From a bacterium (lineage in GTDB: Bacteria; Patescibacteriota; Minisyncoccia; UBA6257; GWB1-50-10), in the NCBI GenBank assembly GCA_021813265.1, contig JAKALF010000001.1:2548-66547 (forward strand): DNA of 64,000 bases, read 5' to 3'. The notes beneath the pieces were generated by a model, which saw only the letters and a list, made by a program, of their open reading frames with translations, did not search any database and had not been told where the DNA came from. The position numbers were made by a program, and so were the translations under genes. Below are positions 57,945-64,000 of this stretch, piece after piece (the first letter of the stretch is position 1; each line of letters begins with the position of its first letter).

Positions 57945-60334
57945 AAAAATTTATCATTATAGACTCTCACGGATTAATTCATAGAGCGTTTCACGCCCTT
58001 CCTCCCCTTAAGACCCCCGAGGGTCATCCTATAGGAGCAATATACGGTCTCGCGACTATGGTTCTAAAAATCATAACAAAGCACCGACCGAACTATATAG
58101 TCGCGGCGTTTGATAGACCGGAACCGACGTTTAGAAAAGAAATGTTTGCGGAATATAAAGCCCAGAGACCCGAGGTTCCTCCTGACCTTATCTCCCAATT
58201 CAATGAAGCGAGGAGGTTTTTTGAAGCCATTACCATACCTGTTTGGGAAAAAGCGGGATTTGAAGCGGATGATGTTATAGGAACCTTGGTAAAACGTTTT
58301 TCAAAAGAACGTGAGTTAGAAACCGTAATTCTCACGGGAGATCTTGATACTCTTCAACTTGTAGGCGGTTCTGTTACGGTAGAAACGCCACAAAAGGGAA
58401 CTCAAGAAACCAAGCAATACGACGAATCCGAAGTCCTTAAACGCTTTGGAATATATCCTCAACAACTTATTGACTACAAAGGACTCGTAGGAGACGTTTC
58501 TGATAATATTCCCGGCGTTCCGGGAATTGGAGCAAAAACAGCGGCAACTATATTAGAAAAATTCAAAACCATTGAAAGCGCCATTGAAAAAATAGGAAGC
58601 GATCCGATTCTCAAAAAGCTTGATGGGAATGAAAAACAAGCGCTTCTTTCAAAAAATCTCGCGACAATACGCGCCGACGTTCCCCTATCCATCCCGTCAC
58701 TCGAGATGTTTTCCTTTAAAGAAATTAACAAAGAAAAACTTTCCTTGTATTTCGAAAGGGTTGGATTTCAGAGTCTTATAAAAAGATTAGGAAATAACTC
58801 CCCAAAAGAAGTTTCTCAAAAATCTTTTTTCAATGAAAACCTGGTAGTTTCTGAAAACGCCGGATTAAAGGAAGAAACACGAATCGCTTTTGATTGGAAA
58901 GAAATCATAAAAGAAAATCCCGCGTACTCCAAAGAAACGTTATTTGACGTGCGTATAGCGGCCTGGCTTCTCAATCCGGACAGAAGATTCGATTCCGAAA
59001 GAGAGGTGTTTGAAACCTATCTTAAAGACCCTATTGAAAACGCTGAAACAAATTTAAAAAAAGCATATGAAGTTCTTTCTAAAAAACTCCTAGACGAGGG
59101 CCTTATTCCCGTGTTCAAAACCCTAGAAATGCCTCTTCTTGAAATCCTCGGGGAAATGGAAAAAAATGGAATCTTGGTTGATAAAAAAGATCTTGATCTG
59201 TTGCATAAGAAAATTTCGAAAGAAACGGGAGTTCTCGCTGAAAAAATATATAAAGAAGCCGGAGAACGGTTTAATATAAATTCTCCTCAACAAGTTGCTC
59301 GTGTTATATTCGAAAAAATCGGCATAGATTCCAAGAAAAAAACTCCCACGGGAAAGCTGAAAACGGGACGAGGAATACTGGAAGACTTAAAAACCGAACA
59401 TCCCATAATCCCCCTTCTTCTAGGATATCGGGAATATTTCAAAATAGATTCCGGCTTTGTTCTTCCTTTAGCTGAACTGGTCGGAGAAGACGGAAAAATA
59501 CACACAACGTATCTCCAAACAGGAACCGCGACGGGAAGGATTTCTTCAGAAAAACCCAACCTTCAAAATATTCCTCAAGAATCTCGCTGGTCGGAAGAGG
59601 TAAGGAACGTGTTTAAATCATCTCCTCAAAAAACATTGGTTTCTTTTGATTATTCGCAAATAGAACTTCGTCTCCTTGCTTATTTAAGCAAGGACGAAGG
59701 CCTTGTGCGCGCGTTTAAAGAAGGGAAAGATATTCACACCTTGACGGCAATGCGGGTTTTTGGAGTTCCCAGTGAATCGGTAACTAAAAATATGCGGAGG
59801 GTGGGGAAAACGCTCAATTTTGGCGTTATCTATGGAATGGGACCCAGATCCTTCGCGAAAACCAGCGGAGTTTCCGTAGAAGAAGCGAAAACAATCATTA
59901 AAAACTATTTCCAAAACTTTCCTGGAGTAAAGAATTGGCAGAATAAAATTTTAGAAAACGTGAGAAAAAATCATTACGCGGAAAATATACATGGAAGAAA
60001 AAGGTGGTTTAAAACTGAAAAATCGTACGCGGGAGAATTTGAACGGGCGGCTATTAATATGCCCATACAAAGCCTCGGCGCGGACACGATTAAAAAAGCT
60101 ATGATTGAGACAAAGAGAACGCTTCTTAAAAAGGGTTTTTGGGGGAGTGGAGTTAATCTACTACTCACAATACACGATGAATTGCTCTTTGAAATAAGCG
60201 ATGATATCCTAAACAAAACAGTTCCTTTAATTAAAGAAATTATGGAGTCTTCCTCAAACATTTCAATCCCTCTTGTGGTGGAAATAAAGACCGGAAAACG
60301 TTGGGGAAGCATGATTCCGTTTCAAATACTATGA
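57941..60334 (+). CDS. polA: DNA polymerase I (5'-3' exonuclease + polymerase domains)
   Basis: N-terminal FEN-like MKKFIIIDSHGLIHRAF, polymerase motifs A (DYSQIELRLLAY), B (RRVGKTLNFGVIYG) and C (HDEL). ATGA overlap with tsaE. The track's 57836 start was rejected. Confidence 0.85.
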   Translation: MKKFIIIDSHGLIHRAFHALPPLKTPEGHPIGAIYGLATMVLKIITKHRPNYIVAAFDRPEPTFRKEMFAEYKAQRPEVPPDLISQFNEARRFFEAITIPVWEKAGFEADDVIGTLVKRFSKERELETVILTGDLDTLQLVGGSVTVETPQKGTQETKQYDESEVLKRFGIYPQQLIDYKGLVGDVSDNIPGVPGIGAKTAATILEKFKTIESAIEKIGSDPILKKLDGNEKQALLSKNLATIRADVPLSIPSLEMFSFKEINKEKLSLYFERVGFQSLIKRLGNNSPKEVSQKSFFNENLVVSENAGLKEETRIAFDWKEIIKENPAYSKETLFDVRIAAWLLNPDRRFDSEREVFETYLKDPIENAETNLKKAYEVLSKKLLDEGLIPVFKTLEMPLLEILGEMEKNGILVDKKDLDLLHKKISKETGVLAEKIYKEAGERFNINSPQQVARVIFEKIGIDSKKKTPTGKLKTGRGILEDLKTEHPIIPLLLGYREYFKIDSGFVLPLAELVGEDGKIHTTYLQTGTATGRISSEKPNLQNIPQESRWSEEVRNVFKSSPQKTLVSFDYSQIELRLLAYLSKDEGLVRAFKEGKDIHTLTAMRVFGVPSESVTKNMRRVGKTLNFGVIYGMGPRSFAKTSGVSVEEAKTIIKNYFQNFPGVKNWQNKILENVRKNHYAENIHGRKRWFKTEKSYAGEFERAAINMPIQSLGADTIKKAMIETKRTLLKKGFWGSGVNLLLTIHDELLFEISDDILNKTVPLIKEIMESSSNISIPLVVEIKTGKRWGSMIPFQIL

Positions 60335-61626
60335 AGAGATTTTTAAAAAACTATTCCCATTATATATGGAGTGAAGAGGTTTCCTCTTTTTGGGTTCTCC
60401 TTGTTATAGAAATCGCGGCCTCTATCGCGCTTCTTATTTTTCCGAAATCAACCATCCTGCTTCTTGGTATTGTTCTTGTATTTTGTCTTAGCCTGCTCCT
60501 GCTTCTTAAAAGCGCTGTCTCGGAAGCTCTCTTTAAGGAACGATCAATGAAGCAAGACAAGGGTTTTTCTTCGCTCATAGAGAGCCTCGAAGACGCTGTG
60601 GTTATCTATGACCAGAACTTTAAGATACTCGCGATTAATAGGGCGACCGAGACGATGTTTGACGTCAAAAAAAACGAGATTGAAGAATCTTATATATCCC
60701 CCGCGTCCATAAAAAACAAGCGCCTTTTTCTTTTAACACAGGTTCTCTTTCCGTCTCTTGCCCCGGGAGCAAAACAGCTATCAGAAGTGAACGCGTGGCC
60801 TAATATCGTAAACCTCTCGTTTGAAAATCCTAGAATGGAGATGACAACAACTTTAAACAGAATTCTTGATGAGCGCGGGGGCGTTACGGCTTTTATAAAA
60901 GTCATAAAAGACAAGACTCACGAAGCTTCGGTTTTATCTTCAAAAAATGAATTTATCGATGTTGCGGCGCATCAACTAAGAACCCCTCTGACCGCTATTC
61001 ATTGGGCAATGGAAAATATCGTAAAGTCCTCAGAAAATAACCCTGAAATCCTAGAAATCGCGAAAGAGGGCCTTAAGGTTTCGGAGCGCTCGCTTAAAAT
61101 AACCAACGATCTTTTGGACGCGTCAAAAATAGAAGACGGGAGATTTGGTTACACGTTTAAAGAAACAGACCTAGGACAACTCATAGGATCGGTGATAAAA
61201 GAAATGAGTCCAATCGCGAAAGAATATGGGGTTGAAATTATAAGCCCCTCCCCCATAAACAATCTTTTAGCGACTCTGGACGAAAACAGTATTGGTATGG
61301 TTCTTTTCAATCTCATTGACAACGCCATAAGATACAACACAAAAAACGGTAGGGTTTTTGTTTCTACTGAAAAAACAGATAATAATGTCAGAATTTCTAT
61401 AAAAGACACGGGGGTTGGTATTCCTGAGAAAGACTTGCCTTATGTGTTTGAAAAACTACACAGAGGATCCAACGTCGTACAGATCGAACCAAACGGAACA
61501 GGGTTGGGTCTTTATATAGCGAGAAATATCATAAAAAGACATGGTGGTGAAATGGGGGTTGATTCAATAATAAACAGGGGCACCACGTTTTGGTTCACAA
61601 TCCCCACAAACCAAACAAAAGCGTAG
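60301..61626 (+). CDS. sensor histidine kinase (two TM helices, PAS-like domain, HisKA, HATPase_c)
   Basis: H-box AAHQLRTPLTAI, N-box NLIDNAIRYN, G-boxes DTGVGIP and GTGLGL. Confidence 0.8.
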   Translation: MGKHDSVSNTMKRFLKNYSHYIWSEEVSSFWVLLVIEIAASIALLIFPKSTILLLGIVLVFCLSLLLLLKSAVSEALFKERSMKQDKGFSSLIESLEDAVVIYDQNFKILAINRATETMFDVKKNEIEESYISPASIKNKRLFLLTQVLFPSLAPGAKQLSEVNAWPNIVNLSFENPRMEMTTTLNRILDERGGVTAFIKVIKDKTHEASVLSSKNEFIDVAAHQLRTPLTAIHWAMENIVKSSENNPEILEIAKEGLKVSERSLKITNDLLDASKIEDGRFGYTFKETDLGQLIGSVIKEMSPIAKEYGVEIISPSPINNLLATLDENSIGMVLFNLIDNAIRYNTKNGRVFVSTEKTDNNVRISIKDTGVGIPEKDLPYVFEKLHRGSNVVQIEPNGTGLGLYIARNIIKRHGGEMGVDSIINRGTTFWFTIPTNQTKA

Positions 61627-61628
61627 TT

Positions 61629-62105
61629 ATGACTATCATCGGCATAGATCCTGGTTTTGCTAGAGTTGGATACGGAGTTATTCAAAAAAGAGGCGAACGT
61701 ATCATATATAGATCGGCCGGAATCATTGAAAGCGCGAACGGATCTTCGTCAGAGCGTGTTTGTTTAATGGAAAAAGAACTTGAGACTGTTATAAAAAAAG
61801 AAAAGCCCTTTTTGGTCGGAGTTGAAAAACTTTTTTTCTCAAAAAACAAAAAAACGGCTCTTTTAGTCGCGGAAGCCCGTGGAGTTATTATAAACACACT
61901 TTTAAAGAAAAATATTCGCGTTCTTGAGCTTTTCCCGTCGGAAGTAAAAATGGGAGTAACGGGAAGTGGAAACGCCTCAAAACAAAGCGTGGCTTTTATG
62001 GTCTCTAGAATTCTTGGCATAAAAACCGATTTTCTTCTAGACGACGTAACCGACGCTCTCGCCATCGCTATAACCGCGGCAAATACGCGATCTTTTGGGG
62101 GTTGA
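61629..62105 (+). CDS. ruvC: crossover junction endodeoxyribonuclease RuvC
   Basis: MTIIGIDPGFARVGYGVI... start. The 61629 ATG is preferred over the 61590 track start. Confidence 0.8.
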   Translation: MTIIGIDPGFARVGYGVIQKRGERIIYRSAGIIESANGSSSERVCLMEKELETVIKKEKPFLVGVEKLFFSKNKKTALLVAEARGVIINTLLKKNIRVLELFPSEVKMGVTGSGNASKQSVAFMVSRILGIKTDFLLDDVTDALAIAITAANTRSFGG

Positions 62106-62150
62106 CTTCCTTAAAATCTTGGTTATACTTTCCTCAATATATAATTTCCG

Positions 62151-62363
62151 TTGTGCGGAAAAGGTCGTATAGAAATGTTCAATATAACCTTAATAATGAG
62201 CATTAAAGAATTAACCAAAACAAAAATGAGGGTTAATGAAGATGGGCTTTCTGAAAATGACGAGGATATAGAGGAAGATTATGGCTTGGTGGATGAAGAA
62301 GAGAATGAGACGGAGAAGCCCCTTGAAAAAGAAGAGTTTGAAGACGAAGAGGAGGGTTATTAG
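62151..62363 (+). CDS. hypothetical acidic small protein
   Basis: D/E-rich C-terminus. Confidence 0.25.
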   Translation: MCGKGRIEMFNITLIMSIKELTKTKMRVNEDGLSENDEDIEEDYGLVDEEENETEKPLEKEEFEDEEEGY

Positions 62364-62435
62364 TATTTTAGGAAAACAACGTCCCATAGCGATATGGGAT
62401 TTTGTTTTTTATGAAAAAACGCTAAAGTTAAAGCG

Positions 62436-64000
62436 ATGGTTATGATCAAAAGAAAAAAAATTTCGTTAAAAAAACAAAAAAAGAGCGGAAGGGCCGCGTC
62501 GCGTTTTTTTATCATTCTCTCGATTTTTTTTGCTCTTCTTATTATATCAACCGCGTATGTTTTAAGTTTTATTCAAAACCTTCCTTCTCCCGAGCAATTC
62601 GCGACAAGACAAATAAGCCAAACTACGAAGATCTACGACAGAACAGGTAAGGTTCTTTTATACGAAATACATGGGGACGAGAAGAGAACCGTGGTCCCAT
62701 TCTCTGAAATTCCTGATTATGTGAAAAGAGCGACCCTGGCGGCGGAAGATGCCGCCTTTTACAACGAACCGGCGTTTAATTGGAGGGGTATTGTACGAGC
62801 CATGATCGCTAATATAAAAAGCGGAAGCTTTTCCCAAGGAGGATCCACTATTACCCAACAGTTGGTTAAAAAATCTCTCCTTTCGTCAGACAAAACCATC
62901 ACAAGAAAAATAAAGGAGTTGGTTCTTGCTATAGAACTCGAATCAAAATATTCAAAAGACGAGATTCTCTATTATTATCTAAACCAGATACCCTATGGAT
63001 CAAACGCGTATGGGGTAGAAGCCGCGAGTCAGACGTATTTTAACAAATCAGTAAGAGATATAGATGTCGCGGAGGCGGCGATACTCGCTTCTCTCATTAA
63101 AGCTCCTTCGTATTATTCCCCATGGGGAAATAACGTAAAAGAACTTATAAGCCGACAAAAATATGTTCTTGAAAGAATGCGTTCTCTGGGATTCATATCA
63201 GAAGATCAGTACAATAACGCGGTAAAAGAAAAACTCGAGTTCGCCCCCCAATCTCTTGGTCTCATTAAAGCCCCCCATTTCGCGCTTATGGTAAAAGACT
63301 ACCTTATTGGGCGATATGGGGAATACACAGCGCTCCAAGGAGGGTTAAAGGTTGTAACAACGCTCGATATGAATCTTCAAAACATAGCGGAAAAGGTTGT
63401 TGAGGATGGCGTAAAAAGGAATAAAGAGCTCTACGGAGGAACCAATGGCGCGTTAGTTGCGGAGGATCCGCGTACGGGCCAGATACTTGCTTTTGTGGGA
63501 TCAAGAAATTATTTTAATGATGAAATAGATGGGAAGTTTAACGTTCCCATCCAGGGATTAAGGCAGCCCGGATCCGCTCTGAAACCTTTTGTGTATCTTA
63601 CAGCCTTTGAAAAAGGATATTCCCCTAAAACGGTTCTTTTTGACGCCAAAACAGAATTTGACACCAGAAACGATCCTCAAAAAAGCTATCAACCCGAAAA
63701 CTTTGAAGGAACATTTGTTGGTCCTGTAAAAATGGAAACAGCTCTTGCTCAGTCCATGAATGTTCCTGCGGTTAAAACACTTTATCTTGTGGGAATCAAT
63801 TCCGCGCTTAAAACATTCAACACGTTTGGAATATCAACCCTGAAAGACCCGTCAAGGTATGGTCTTTCTCTCACGCTTGGAGGAGGAGAAGTAACCATGA
63901 TGGATCTTATTAAAGCGTATTCCGTTCTCTCACAAGAAGGGGTTTTACATCAACAAAAAATAGTTTTAAGAGTAGAGGATGGATTGGGAAATGTGCTTGA
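62436..64000 (+). CDS. class A penicillin-binding protein (GT51 transglycosylase + transpeptidase), 5' part; continues past the window
   Basis: TM anchor, GT51 motifs EDAAFY...GGSTITQQLVK, then transpeptidase SALKPF. No stop before the window end. Confidence 0.8.
   Translation, partial: MVMIKRKKISLKKQKKSGRAASRFFIILSIFFALLIISTAYVLSFIQNLPSPEQFATRQISQTTKIYDRTGKVLLYEIHGDEKRTVVPFSEIPDYVKRATLAAEDAAFYNEPAFNWRGIVRAMIANIKSGSFSQGGSTITQQLVKKSLLSSDKTITRKIKELVLAIELESKYSKDEILYYYLNQIPYGSNAYGVEAASQTYFNKSVRDIDVAEAAILASLIKAPSYYSPWGNNVKELISRQKYVLERMRSLGFISEDQYNNAVKEKLEFAPQSLGLIKAPHFALMVKDYLIGRYGEYTALQGGLKVVTTLDMNLQNIAEKVVEDGVKRNKELYGGTNGALVAEDPRTGQILAFVGSRNYFNDEIDGKFNVPIQGLRQPGSALKPFVYLTAFEKGYSPKTVLFDAKTEFDTRNDPQKSYQPENFEGTFVGPVKMETALAQSMNVPAVKTLYLVGINSALKTFNTFGISTLKDPSRYGLSLTLGGGEVTMMDLIKAYSVLSQEGVLHQQKIVLRVEDGLGNVL

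Noticed and set aside
1-64000. Alternative genetic code (UGA as a sense codon, as in some CPR lineages)
   Set aside because: Large housekeeping ORFs (ileS, polA, clp, rny) are uninterrupted under code 11. The only anomalous stop is a single TAA in the RT.
1-64000. CRISPR array or cas genes
   Set aside because: No regularly spaced direct repeats and no Cas-like ORFs were seen.

Overview
This 64-kb window looks like a chromosomal segment from a small-genome, moderately AT-rich bacterium read with the standard genetic code. Long ORFs stay intact under code 11 and there are no in-frame TGA runs. Housekeeping genes dominate, and many of the remaining ORFs are short, membrane-associated or hypothetical. 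That gene content and style suggest a Patescibacteria/CPR-like organism; this is an inference, not something I could test.

Coding content I recognise:
- Translation: IleRS, ArgRS, TrpRS, IF-3, L35, L20, S20, SmpB, an ArfB-like rescue factor, an ABC-F ATPase and TsaE.
- RNA turnover: RNase Y, RNase J and a second MBL/beta-CASP nuclease.
- DNA metabolism: RuvA, RuvB, RuvC, Pol I, HU, family-4 UDG, an MGMT-like protein and a HolA-like protein.
- Envelope: an MltB-like transglycosylase, a Mur ligase, the start of a class A PBP, an O-antigen-ligase-like protein, SecG, two DedA proteins and a GspE/PilB ATPase.
- Two ECF sigma factors, each followed by a membrane protein, and a sensor histidine kinase.

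RNA genes I could fold by eye: six tRNAs (His, Phe, Arg, Pro, Gly, Leu) and a tmRNA immediately downstream of smpB.

The standout feature is a diversity-generating retroelement (DGR) at about 15.9-18.4 kb:
- a DGR-type reverse transcriptase (YADD and GNLTSQ motifs) that is interrupted by a single in-frame TAA exactly at a conserved motif-2 position;
- a divergently oriented Avd-like four-helix-bundle gene;
- a 234-aa target gene whose last ~37 codons form a variable region, plus a second orphan copy of the same ~114-bp repeat abutting avd;
- the two copies are identical except at 22 positions that all fit adenine-directed mutagenesis of AAC/AAT/AAG codons, yet neither copy can be the template, so the true template repeat is not at this locus.

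Other unusual items:
- IleRS carries a roughly 200-aa histidine-phosphatase (RHG-motif) domain inserted inside its zinc-knuckle region.
- A 303-aa iPGM-like protein lacks the central transferase domain.
- A 612-aa protein fuses an EamA/DMT-like membrane domain to a glycoside hydrolase and is translationally coupled to a GH1 gene.
- A Clp-type unfoldase has N-terminal transmembrane helices.
- Two intergenic regions, a ~180-nt one upstream of ruvB and a ~520-nt one after tRNA-Pro, show long-range base pairing and could be structured RNAs.
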